Positions 1 to 13,400 of a stretch of 64,000 bases of DNA are shown one piece after another; positions within the stretch are counted from its first letter, which is position 1, and each line of letters starts with the position of its first letter. Under the pieces are notes generated by a model, which was given only the letters and a program-made list of their open reading frames with translations, searched no databases and was not told the DNA's origin. The stretch covers positions 362,080,001 through 362,144,000 of the forward strand of contig OZ024740.1 in assembly GCA_964016885.1 (NCBI GenBank), in the 5' to 3' direction. The translations under genes and the position numbers were made by a program. The stretch is from Eledone cirrhosa (lineage: Eukaryota).

Positions 1-8
1 TCAGGATT

Positions 9-79
9 ATGTATGTATTTATGTATGTATGTATGTATGTATGTATGTATGTATGTATGTATGTATGTATGTATGTATG
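9..79. repeat. (TATG)n microsatellite
   Basis: Direct reading. Confidence 0.95.
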
Positions 80-2505
80 ACTAGTGAAAATATTCAGAAG
101 TTTTTTTCATTTTTTTAATCAATAGAGTTAACTTAATACCATTAGTACATGAGTTAGTTGGATCATTATAAGTTTATATTCAGTAATATTTGCTATATTA
201 AATAATTACAACACTTATTCTGTTTATATTTACTGTTAGAATTGTTCTAATCAGAAATTTTGAAAAACTCAACTTCAAAGTTAAGAAAAAATATGTCATT
301 ATATATTTATTAAATATTGATTAAATATATAATTATTCTTAAAATACATTGCTAAGCGATTTTGTGTGCGCCAGCGATCATGGTTGCGGATAGGGATTAA
401 AATTTATATAATATATATATTTATATAATATATATATATATAATATGCCTATGAATGTGTCTTATCCTATCTATGCATGTGTAATATATAGACATATATA
501 TATCTTAATTAGTAAAGGATTCTATATTTATATATATATATGCATGCTTGTATTTGATATATATATATATATATTTTTTTTAAATAAAATATATACTACT
601 ACAAAGAAAAGCATTTAAAGGTTTTGAAATGACATAAATGTTCACATTTCTTTTCTTTCTCCAGCGTTTTTAATGTATGCACATGTATAGTGTTCTCCTT
701 GTAGGCTTACACAGAATTATGTACACAATTTTATTAATTTCTGTCACCTGAAATTAGTACATATTTCTATCAAATTGATTGCATTTCACTAAGCATTTTC
801 CAGTAAACTGAAATAGCTGTCATTTTTATCTATTTTATTACCATATTTGTAATGAAAATGCTATCAGTGATGTTCGAATAATTTTGAAGATAATCAAGAA
901 TAATGTGAAATGATTTAGTGGTGTTTCGAACATAAATATATTTACGTAAAATTATAATGGGTGGTTTTTAGATAACTTTAACCACTTAGATGACAAAACA
1001 AAACAAAATAATCTTTGCACTCAATATATTTTTTATGACCTTTATGCTGGAGAACCTATTGTGGTTTCAGGTGGTTTTCTAGTCTAGAACTGATACTGGC
1101 AAATTATGCTTTCAATATTGTAAACCAATATAGCCCTTCTTCCTTATATATATGTGAGGAACTCACACCCTGCATATCTAGCTAACCTCATATGTGGTTG
1201 TACCTCACAGGAATCTTCAGTGTTTTAATGATAGGGATTGCAGTTTTGTGTTGTTACAGCTCACACCTCTGCAAGTTTAGCTGGTCTCCTATGAGGTTGT
1301 ATGTCATAGGAGATATTTTTGGTATTTGGTATTTTAATGATAATAGCCTGAATCCTATCATGAAAAGCAACTGGAAATGAAACCACTTGCTCAAAACGCA
1401 CGAATCAAACCCAAAACTTTATCATGAGTCCAAAACCATGACCATTAGACTATATGCCTGCAGTTTGTTAAAGAGTAAACTATAAAATCAGTCAAAATAT
1501 GTTTTGTTGTTGTGTTATATTGTTTTACTTAATGTAAATTTGCTTCAGGTTTTGCTCTTTCAAAAGTTATTTTTAAAAGAAGAGTAAAAATAACTCATAA
1601 CAATTTCATATCAAAGCAAAGTGATAAATTAATTTGAGATTTTCAGAAATGAGGAAGGAAGAAGAAAATATTTAGCATTTAAAAACAGTAATTTAGAATA
1701 TTACAAGAATGCCTATAAAAATTATATTTAATATTGTATATGTATTGCTATAAATTTCTGAACTACTGTTTTCTACACTTTCCCCATTGCTTCCATCAAA
1801 CTACAATGCTATTTAGCTTTTATATTTCATGCAATTTTGCTTTTTCTTCTCAAGCTTTTGTAAAAGAAGAATTAGAATGTTTTCTTCACCTTATATCTTC
1901 TCTCAAATACTACATTTAAATACCAGTTTATTTTTGCATATCAACCTTTGTAGGTATAACTTATGGTCCCTCTATTGTTGCTTACAGTAGCAGTGGTAAT
2001 ATATATGTTGCTAAAAGTGGCTATGTTTAGTTGTAATAATAATTTCTTTATTTATGTTTAGTTGTAATAATAATTATAACCTTAGGATAATCTATGAATA
2101 GTAGTCATAGACTTTATCTAATCTTACTATTTAATGTTATATAGATTTGCTTTTACTCTATCTCTGAATTTAATACTTAACTTGATTGTCCTTATCTAAA
2201 TGTTTAGGATACTTTCTAGATGCACATTTTACTTTACATAAAGTTGAAATAAAATTGAAAATCTGTTGCACTTAATACTAATATCTTAGTCATTGTTGGG
2301 TTTTTATTCATAATTAGAATATGCTCAGTTTTTTGTTTTTTGCAATAGCAATTTAATTTTAATTTGCTTATATTTTAAATTCTGTAGCCCTTAACTGCCA
2401 AATTTAAAATCATAAATGTCCCTTAATAGACAAATGAATAAGTGTGTAAATCATCCACACAATTTTGCAATTATAAATAGTCATTAATTAGTATAGAATA
2501 TAAAA

Positions 2506-2656
2506 CAGGCATGGGAAATCTTTTTTGAACAGTAGGCTGCATAGGATGTGGCTCATCATACTACTAAAATTTCAAGGCATTTTTGAAATTAAGCATACAA
2601 TTCAGAAAGCTAAATGGGCTACATGCAGCTCACAAGCTACAGTTTGCCCATGAGTG
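2506..2656. mobile_element. hAT MITE
   Basis: TIRs CAGGCATGGGAAA / TTTGCCCATGAGTG; 8-bp TSD ATATAAAA/ATATAAGA. Confidence 0.7.
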
Positions 2657-3984
2657 ATATAAGATTAATGATCAGGTTTCTTTTATAAAGATCAATGGAA
2701 CTCAACTTGGGGTCTTGAGACTCCTGGGGCTCGGAGCTAAATTCAAAATTTCAATTAAAAACATCCACACACAGTTGTGGTCCCATTCTTCTCTGAATAT
2801 AAACATTACTATCTTTCAATTGCTATTCTCCCTATATAGCAATCTAGGATTGGAGTAATTGTAGAGAAGGGGATCCAAGGGAAAATTCATTCAAATAACT
2901 ACTGATAACTACTGATACAAATGTATACAATCTTAATGATTATATAGTATTTTCACAACTCTATGTACTCTGGCATTTCATAACAAATTATCTTTTTCAA
3001 CTCCCACCAACACCATACACTTTCATGTAGCTCACATAATTTTCCATGCCTCTACATCCTTTAAATTCAGTCTATTGTGGCTCCTAAATGTATTTTTCTA
3101 TGGAACCCTTATATAATGTTTATAATGTCCCCAAAATTGCAGAACCCATTCCTTCTTTTATTTATGGACCCAATCATCTAAATTCATATAAAAACACATA
3201 TAATAAACTTTAAACTACCTCTTAATTCATTGAAAACCAGTTTTTTCCCTAGAACCCTAAAGATCCTTAAGACATATTTTAGGTAACACTGAACTAAAGG
3301 GAATATTAAAGACAAAGTAAAATTATTACCCAAATAAGTCAGCACCAAATTTAAAATATCAGTCACTTTAGGTCGACCATTTAAAATATTCCATGTCTAA
3401 CAGAAATCAAAACTATTACTCAATATAAAGTTGAAACATGCCTAGAATATGATCTTCTCTAAAAGGTTCCATTTTCAGTTTTAAATGTTATGATAGATCG
3501 AACATTGAGATATTCTCAAAGTTTTGCAATAGATATTAACTGCCATTAATTAAAAACTGAAAAATAGTAGTTCTTGCTTCTGCACAGCACACATCTTAAT
3601 TGTATATTTACAGTTCTTAGAGTGTGTTTATAGGGTTGAATGCTTCTCTGCTATATGCTATAAATTTCTTATGAAATATCAGATCACAACTAAGACAATC
3701 AATACTATTTGTTCAATTAAAACAGTCAATTTAAAAAGGAAATAAAACTAATTTAATATGATACTTTTAGCGCAAATTGAATCATAAATGTATTCTTATT
3801 TTTTAGATTCCCAATCAAGAGAAGCATTCAATATATAAATACGTATACAATTATGAATGTGACTAAATATGCCTTTCTCTATCCGGCTGCAAGCTAACTA
3901 AATAATAACATTTTTTCTTTAGATTTAAAGATTAATTTTATACATCTTATAAGGCTAATACTCTCGTAAATTTCTAACTATCTC

Positions 3985-4039
3985 ACATACACACATATAT
4001 ATATAAATATATATATGCACATATACATATATACATACA

Positions 4040-4071
<32 letters not shown>

Positions 4072-4357
4072 GGTAGATATATATAATATATATGTGTGTG
4101 TGAGATAGAAATTTACGAGTGTATCAGCTTTATAAGATATTGTATAAAATTAATCTATGTATATGTGTGTATATATATATGTGTGTATATATATATGTAT
4201 ATATACATATATATGTGTGTGTGTGTGTATGTATATATATATGTGTGTATATATATATGTGTATATATATATATATGTGTGTATATAGATATATATGTGT
4301 ATATATATATATATATGTATATATAGATATATATGTGTATATATAGATATATATGTG

Positions 4358-4438
<81 letters not shown>

Positions 4439-4587
4439 ATATGTATATATATATGTATATATATGTATATATATATATATGTGTATATGTATATGTATAT
4501 ATATATATGTGTATATGTATATATATGTATATATATATGTATGTGTATATGTATATATATATGTATATATATATGTATTTATATATG

Positions 4588-4618
<31 letters not shown>

Positions 4619-4645
4619 GTATATATATATATGTATATATATATA
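3985..4645. repeat. Compound (TA)n/(TG)n microsatellite
   Basis: Direct reading; source of the spurious YI-rich ORFs. Confidence 0.95.
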
Positions 4646-5113
4646 AATGATGAAAAATTACCATATTTCCCAGTGTGGAAGATACTGCTTTGTTTTCCAA
4701 AAATTAGTCTGGAAAAATCTATTCTGCATTTTTGAAGCTAATGGTTATGTTAGTTATAGGCCTAATTTTTCTGATAAAAATTTGGCTATTCAAAATGGGT
4801 GTATCCCCATGACATCAGAGTGCATCATTGTCACTGGGATTGTAGTAGATCAATAATTCAATTTAAAAGATGGATATTATTTTTGCTCAAAGATTAGCGA
4901 TACCTATACATTCTTTAAATTGACATGCAATCAGATTATAAGCCCAAATGGAATTAGTTTATTTAATATTCATTATGCACTATTTATAGTCCTCCATATG
5001 CATGAATCTTCTTATAATCTTATTAGATGCATAAACAGTAAAAGAAATGAACGCAAGCATTTAAAACTCATTCACAGCTTTTATAATGATAAGTCCATTT
5101 TTTTCCTCTAAAG

Positions 5114-5158
5114 GATCTCACTGACGATGATGACGAGAGCGCGGAAGACAAGAACAAG
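5114..5158 (+). CDS. Candidate 45-nt alternative twitchin exon (DLTDDDDESAEDKNK) with GC donor
   Basis: Pyrimidine tract ttttttcctctaaag, purine/CpG-rich coding-like 45 nt, phase 0-0, AAG|gcatgt donor. Confidence 0.6.
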
Positions 5159-6440
5159 GCATGTTTCACTCAAGTTTCTCTCAGAAACTTCCCTAGTCTG
5201 TCGATACTTGCTCGCGCGTGTTGTGTGTATATGTATTTTAGCATAGTTCACTAACTCATTATTTATCAATTTTTTAAAATCTTTGTTTGTTGGGATCATT
5301 AAGTCTATGGTTGATATGTTATATTTAATATACAACATTCAGGAAAAACAATCAAACATAAAAAGAAAAATCTGGAAATCTTTTTTGAAGAAACAAAATA
5401 TTAGCTCTTAGATTAGTATTTTTGTGTAATATTATTTTAGTTTCTATAATATTCACAATAATACTAACTAATATTTGAATTATCAGAATACATCTCTCTG
5501 GCAGGATTTTCTGATTTTTTAAAACCATCTTCAACATATAGTTCCTGAAATGTTCATTTTTGATTTTGTTACCTTTTGAGAAATTGCAAGTTTAACTTTA
5601 AGTTTCATAATTCAACACTATCTTCCAAACTAGGTAAGTACTTGCCTTGATCTGTTTTACATATAATTTCTTTTCTTTTATCATTAATTCCTCTGAATTG
5701 AACGATAGTCCATTTTATCAAAATTATGTATATCATATTTCACTTGTGTAATTAAAGCTTGATGAATGCTTCATTAAAGTAAATTATACATTATACTAAC
5801 TCAGAAATTATATCTACGGAAATATCTGAGAAATATATCTCAGCCTTTCAAATATAGATTTATAATGATATTACTTAGTAAATATTTTGAAATACAATTA
5901 CCAATCCATCACTTAACTTTTATAGCTAATTGTTACAATTGAATTCTAAAAGGTCTTTCTGAATACAGGATAACTTTTTCTAACTCCACTAAAAGAAAAC
6001 CCAATAAAATAAACAATTATATTCAGTAGAATAAGCATATATGCTTTATTAAGTTAATCTTTAATATTACACTTAACCCTATTTCTGTCAGGCCTTATAT
6101 AAAACTAATTATATTATCACATCAAAATCATTCTATGCCGAGATCTTGCATAACTTTGTCACTTGGTTTAACATCCCTGCTTGATCCTTAGGTGATCTCA
6201 ACAGCATTTGCTATGTCACAAATATTTGGACCAAATTTCTGATGTAAGAATAACTTCCTCCAACCAATCTCAGATACCTCCAAATCAGTCATGACTCCTC
6301 TGACTATATCAATAATAATTCAAAAAAGAAAGAAACTCCAAATAATTTGCTTAATCAGATATATAACTAATGATGTTAAAAACATTTTGAGTACATGCAA
6401 TAAGATTCTTTTCCTATCGAGATTGATAGTGTAGCAAAAT

Positions 6441-6592
6441 AATTGTTTCTAATTTTGGCACAAGGCCAGCAATTACCCAGTGCATTACTGGTACTTTATT
6501 TCATCAACCTCGACGGGATTTTAACCCAGACCGTAAAGGGACGTAACTATGCTGAAAAGCATGGCGTCCGACCCTCTACTGCCAATTCACCA
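6441..6592 (-). mobile_element. SINE, same family as 21102 (internally deleted)
   Basis: aattgtttct...ggcacaaggccagcaattacccag...aaagcatggcgtccg. Confidence 0.75.
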
Positions 6593-7433
6593 ATAATGAC
6601 AGAAAATCATTTGATTTTAATTTTAATATCCTTTAGTTTGATATTTACTAAATTAAATTAGTGGTTTTGACAACTTTTATTACATTTTTCTAATGAACAA
6701 TACTATCTATAAGTTTCAAATAATTTGAAAAATAATCAAGACTTTGCAAGGATTTAATCATATAACAAACTAATTCATTATAAAACTAGCGTTTGTATCT
6801 TAACTGAACAAAAGTTCTTACATATAATTGTGATGGAAGATATTTTAGAGAAATATAAAACCATTACAATAGTTTTATATCAAAGAACCAGAGTTGGTTT
6901 CAAGTGGTGCAATATCAAAGTTAAACAATTAACTCTATTGTGTTAATGTTTGAGATGAATAGATACCTATCATTTTTATATATACATATCAACAATATTT
7001 AGATCATATAGTTTACAAACCATTTTTTGTTCATATTCATTGCATTTTTCTTCACTACTATGGGAAATCTAGTATTTTTAAATCTACGTTCATATTCAGA
7101 GGAATTATATTTTTTTCCATTCTTTATTTTAGTTTTATGATTCTTCATATGGAAACTGGTTTTGAATTGCTCTTAGTTTCTTAAGTTAATTAGAGAACCT
7201 TTCATCAGTGTGATTGAAAAGTAACTAACAGTAACAAAACAGAATGTTTATAACTATTTTAAGATATGAATTATTTGATTGAAACAAAGAACAAGTGTAT
7301 ATACTAAATTATTGTATGATGTATTACATTTAATATTCTATTCAACTATTATTTAAAGATATGTTTATATGTAGTATAAACAGTCTTTCATATTTGTAGC
7401 ACATCATACAAATAAGAATATCCTATTCTTTAA

Positions 7434-7660
7434 CCCTTTTGGTACCATATTTCTACTGCCTATGGTTTTTAAGTAATTCTGAAAATAATCAAGAATTTGG
7501 AAGGATTTAGTAAACTAACTCTCTTTCTCATTAAAGTTGTATTTGGAGCATAATTTAACAAAGGTCTTAAATATGATAGGTTTTAAGATGAATCTAAACA
7601 TCTAAAAACAAACAGCATCCTGCCATGGATAAAATCCTGGGTGGCTACTTATCAAAAGGG
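7434..7660. mobile_element. piggyBac-like MITE; abundant family with other degraded copies near 9270, 11840, 14610, 27500, 28390, 34390, 37510-38100, 43550, 61950
   Basis: TTAA-CCCTTTTG...CAAAAGGG-TTAA; shared internal motifs across copies. Confidence 0.75.
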
Positions 7661-10297
7661 TTAAAGATATGTCTATGTAGCATAAACAATCTTTCACATT
7701 TATTGCGCGTCATACAAATAGGAATATTATATATTCTTTAGACTAAAGCGAATCATTTGTATAATTTGCAATTGATTTCACTTATAAATTAAGTCTATCC
7801 TTTGTCATCACTTATGAATTCAAAATTATATATTCAAAAAAATTTATTGAACCTATATAATTTTAAATTTCTAAGTTTTAATTAACATTTATTTTGTGCT
7901 GTTAGATTATCCTGATTCAAGATCTGACTCATTCCACAATGTTTACTGTGTTGTGGTTTGATTTTTTTTTGTTTGGATTGGTTTATTTTTGTTGTGTTAC
8001 ATTAAACATGTCTGGGTTTGTTAAGTTGTCTTTTTTTTTAGTTTGTGTTATAACTGTCTTTTACTCAATCATGCAATGTGTAAAGTATAACTATCAGGCC
8101 TTTGTTGTAATTAAATCTTAGATATGATTATTTATATTCATTATGAAGTAAGTATATATTTATACTATAGCATCTCTTTTGCACACTATTTAATTCTATT
8201 TCCAATGATATCAAATTTTCTTCCACAGAATATTCCATACAAGGAAAATGTTTTCTTTCAGTCAGTGTTTTTTTTCTTTTTTTTTTTACTGTTCTTTTTA
8301 AAATAATACATGTAAATCTTATTTTGGCTATATTCAGCAGGAAATCTAGTTCATTCTTTTATTATTAATATATGTGTTTTTATTGTATACATTTATGGAT
8401 TTAATCTTCTCTCAAAGAAAATTAAGTATATCCATTGTAAAAGAAACCGAGTGTTTGAAAGCAAATATTGTACTTAACTTACTTTAATTTGAGCACAGCA
8501 TGAATTTTGAGCTTTTTTCCTCCCTTCACTTGCTTTTCTTTGCTCATAGCTGACAGATCACGTGTGAATCGTTTCAAACCTGTTAATCCCTCCGTGAAAA
8601 CTTGACTACTTTCAAATAACCAAGCATAAAATTTTACAATACTTTTTTTTCTTATTATACTTTACCTAAGTTTAAAAGTACATTTTAAAAAGTCTATCAT
8701 CACTCCTAAACTAGATCTAGATTCTTAATTACTATTGAGTTATGGGCATTATAGTTTGGAGGTATTTGGCTATATTGGTGATCAGCAGGTTAAACCTCAG
8801 AACCGATTTCTGTTGAAAATGAAATATAATTTAATGAAAGACTGGAAGCTTATTGCATTTGAGACATAAATTCAAGTTGATTATTCTTTAAGATATTACA
8901 AATTGACAGAATCTATTTAATTAATTTGATCTGCCGACCATATCTCCCCCAAAAATTTGAAGAACTATACTTAAAGTTAATTTTTTGGGATCAGTTCTTC
9001 AATCTGAATTAATCAGTACTATAGAGTGAAGGTAAGTTCCAAGTTCTCAAATATGCAATCTGGTGTTAAATCACAATCAAAGACATTTCATTTCATTTCT
9101 GGTAACAATAATCATGGGAAAAGTACGAACATCATTGGTCACCCTTCCAAATTCAACCATTGTGTGACTGCTGACAGCTGATGGACTTCCTAACAAATAT
9201 ACCTGGTCATTTTATATTTCAGTTTGGTCAGATGTTCTTTTAGATAAAGTAGTGTGACTAGGCAATATTTAACCCTTTTGTTACCATATTTTTAATTAAA
9301 GTCACAGCCTATAATTTTTAAATCATTTTGAAAATAAACAGGAATTTGGAGTGATTTTAATTTAAATATAAACACTTTAAAATAGGTGGTTTTGTTTCAC
9401 AAAATCAGAGCTGGATTTTGTTGGTTTGGTATCAAAAAGGTAAAACAATTATGCATATAACATAAAATTAGGTTATTGAAAAAATATTTAATATCATTTA
9501 ATTCAGAAAAATGTACTCATCTTCTAATGTGATACTAATTGCAATCCTTTTTTTTTTAAGTTTCTTTTTCCTCTTGAATAAATCCATTTCCTCTTGAATA
9601 TATCCTTTTTTGCCTTTCCATTTTCCCAACATTCCTGAGTTTGTTACTAGATTATGTATACTGTATATACCCATGTAAAAGTTGATCCCATGCAAAAGTC
9701 AACTGCATATTTTATGGTTAAAAAAATGATATTTTCCATGTACCTCATGTAAAAGTCAACTCTATTTCTTTATGGACAAGATTTGTGAATCAAAGTATTA
9801 TCCTGAACATAACTGTTATGATGAAGAAGTTAAGTTTTCTATGCTATTAGATGTAGAAATATTTTAAAGAGATACATAGTTTTATTAATACAAACTGGTA
9901 GAAGGAAATGCATTATAGTTTAAGTTCAAATCCCACCAAGGTTCGCTTTGCCTTTCATCCTTACGGGGTCGATAAAATAACGTACAAGTTCTATACTGCA
10001 AAAGTAGAAACAATTATTATTAAATATTTAAGCTATTTTTAAAATTGATTTAGAGTCCAGTATCTTGGATTGTAGTGTGAATTTTAGATTCTTGCAATTA
10101 GTACCCATAAATTTAATCTAAAAAATGTAGTCAAAGAAAATCATCTTTTACATGAGTATATGCGGTAAGTATCAGTAAATATTTGACAGCATCAAACGAA
10201 GTTCAGCGATGAATGTGGTTGAACCTTATCAAAATGTGTCTTGAGATGCCATCAACGCATGTGTGAGTTTATGTTTGCCCTGCTCTGTCTACTACAG

Positions 10298-10480
10298 AAA
10301 GATTCAGCCAGCCGACGACAGTCAGTTGAGAGCACTGACTTGCCCATCATGAAAGTGTCGGCCGAAAAACTTGAGGCTCTTGAAAACCAACGTCGCAATT
10401 CTCGACAGATGCGTAGAGCATCTTTGGCAGATGTGATTCCTGATTGGCCAACATTACAACATAGAATAAAAGAAAAGGAG
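10298..10480 (+). CDS. unc-22: Twitchin exon: D1 PKA-phosphorylation linker ([10 protein letters not shown]...[30 protein letters not shown])
   Basis: ctacag acceptor, GAG|gtacac donor, 183 nt, phase 0-0. [13 protein letters not shown] resembles Mytilus D1 RRPSLVDVIPDWP. Confidence 0.9.
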
Positions 10481-13400
10481 GTACACACTATGTTCCCAAA
10501 CAATAATTCCTATCTGCTTATCTATCTATCTATCTATCTATCTATGTATCTATATAATTAACTATATTTTAATAATCTAAATACAGTCAATAATAGAGAT
10601 CTGAAGATATGAAAGTGCTATATGCATATGTGAATATATATATAAATATAGGACTTATTTTTATTGTGTGCATGTATATATTTATATATATATGTCTCTA
10701 TATATATTTATATACACATGCACACAAACACATACACACACATATATATATATATACAAATATGCATATAATCAATTGATGTGTATATATATATATGTAC
10801 ATATATATGTGTATATAATTAATTAAGATATATTATACATAAATGTTAATTCAAAAAGTAACTGAGTAATAATGTATATGAAATTACCAATATAATAGTA
10901 TGCATTTGCATTAATTTAAATATATTTGCATATGAATCACACAGTTTCTGTGTTCAAAAATATTTCTAATTATAGAATAAAAATCTAAATATTATTTTAT
11001 ATTTATAGTGATGCTTACTTTAAAATTAAAGATTGCAAAATTTGTTGCTTTTAATGAAACAGTATACAAACTCAAAAGTATTACAAATAGATTTAGAAAT
11101 TTTGTAATTTACCTGTAATAACATTCAATAAGTGCTTATTTAATACAAATTATTATAATCTAATATTTATTCACATCGATATTTCAACCTGTTTTGTTAT
11201 TTCAAGAACTAGTTTCTCAAATTAAGTAAGAAGCAATACAAAAGTTTTTTTAATGCAGGATTAGCTTTAAACCATACTGGGAATATTTCTGTGTGTATCT
11301 GATTACCTATTAAACTTTGAACATAACTAGATAGCTTTGTGTGTGATGGTGTGGTTTTTCATACTTAAATTCTTGTTCACTTCCTTCCTTAATGATTGCT
11401 GAAACTTTCAATCTAACTTTACAACACAGTATTTCCTTCAGTAATAATTGGAGAAACATACCATACATGATGCCATGCACATTAACGTACACAGATAAAA
11501 CTATCATTATTTCCGGACGCCATGCTTTGACACATAGAGTTATGACCCTTGCCATTCTGAGTTCAAATCTCGCCGAGGTTAACTTTGCCTTTCATCCTTA
11601 CTGGGTCGATAAAATAAAGTACCAGTAATGCACTGGGTAGTTGCTGGTCTTGTACCAAAAGTAGAAACAATTATTTCCATAATATGATTAATCATAGAAA
11701 ACCATTCATAAAATGCTTTAGAAAAAACCTCCTTGATTTTAGGGTCTACATGAAATTTTATATGAATGTAAAAAATCTTGACTATTTTATGGCAATATTT
11801 TGTATGTAATACGCTGCTGTATCAAGAATGTGTTTATTAACCAATTTGGAACCATATTTCTAATGAAAAACACTGCCTATAATTTTCAAATCAATTTGAG
11901 AATAATGAATAAATTGATGAGATTTAGTAATATAACCAACTCTCATTAAGCTGGTGTTTGGCACATAACTAACAAAAGTTCTTACATCAAATTATGATGG
12001 AAGACTTTTTTAGATAAATATAAACATCAATGAAATTGAACTAGGAGTGGTTTCAGACTGTATGGTAGAAAATGTGTTTGTGGCACTGCTGTTAGTTTAT
12101 CCATTTCTTCTAAAAGATTTGTTTTATTTACTTGATATTAAAATAATTTATAGCTATTGAAATATTTGGAATATAACAATTTATTCAGATCTGAAATTGT
12201 AAATAAACGACTAAAACATGCATGCCAAATTAGAAGAAAATACAACAGCAACAAATATTTTATGGTCATTTTCTCTACTAAAGTAGCCTTGTGAGTTACA
12301 TGACAGTTTCATACATACTCATCATGAGGTGTTTTTTGAGGCAATGTTTTACTGTTAGATGCCCTTCCTCATGCTAACTCACTAAGTCATCTTTTATGGC
12401 ACATAGAGATATGCTGAACCTAGATTAAAATAGATACACACAGCAAGAACCAAAAGAAAATATTGTAAATAAATAAAATTAAAAAAAATCTAATCCAATC
12501 ATATAACTGATATCTATATAAGTGACAGCAATCAGTAAGATTTCTTTGAACTGTGATAATAGATATCTACAATGAACATAGCATGTATCTCTCTCACCTC
12601 TCTTCCATATGCACACACAGAGTCTCACTCGCGCTTTCTCTCTTTCTCACACACACACACAGTCTCTCTCTCTCTCACATGCACACAGACATAGTGACCA
12701 CATAATTTATGATGCATGAGTATGCAGTGATTGAGTGTTATATATAAATATATACATGCATACACACAGACATATATATATGTATGTGTGTGTATATAGG
12801 ATATTATATAATGTACTTTGACCTATATTACATGCATGTCTTATTGAATACATATTGAATCTTTCGAAGTATTTGAAGGATCACTTACAGTTGGATTTTA
12901 CAATTGACTATTTCAGTGAATCAATTTTGGGCGGGTTTATAGATTTAAATACTTGTTAGTATATCAGCAATTTCAATTTATTATGCATAATTTGTTTTGC
13001 TCAAATAATTAATTATTGAATTCTTTATCTATTTCACATATATAAATCAATTTAAAAACAATTTTAAATGTTGGATAACAAATATTCAGTAAATCACCTA
13101 CATTAGTTCTATACACACTAGTTTAAAAAACAATAATTTAATGAAAGATTAAGATAATCTACTTAATACAAAAATTGTCTGTTTGTAGAAAATATATATT
13201 CATAAATATGTAGCTTTGCAGAAATTAATGAATCCAGCATAGATGGAGTCACATATTCTAAAAAGTATATGTATCAATAAAGTATATCTTAATTAATATA
13301 ATATACAAAATATATATTCAAAATTTAATATATCTATAAATTATTTATATTTTAAAATATCATTTTTATTGAATGACACATTTTATGATTATAAAATTGA

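Noticed and set aside
4096-4735. Several long YI/CV-rich ORFs on both strands
   Set aside because: Translations of a (TA)n/(TG)n microsatellite that lacks stop codons.
9017-9037. Perfect donor AAG|GTAAGT with a possible 15-nt exon YYRVK
   Set aside because: No convincing pyrimidine tract; such a 9-mer can occur by chance in 20 kb of AT-rich DNA.
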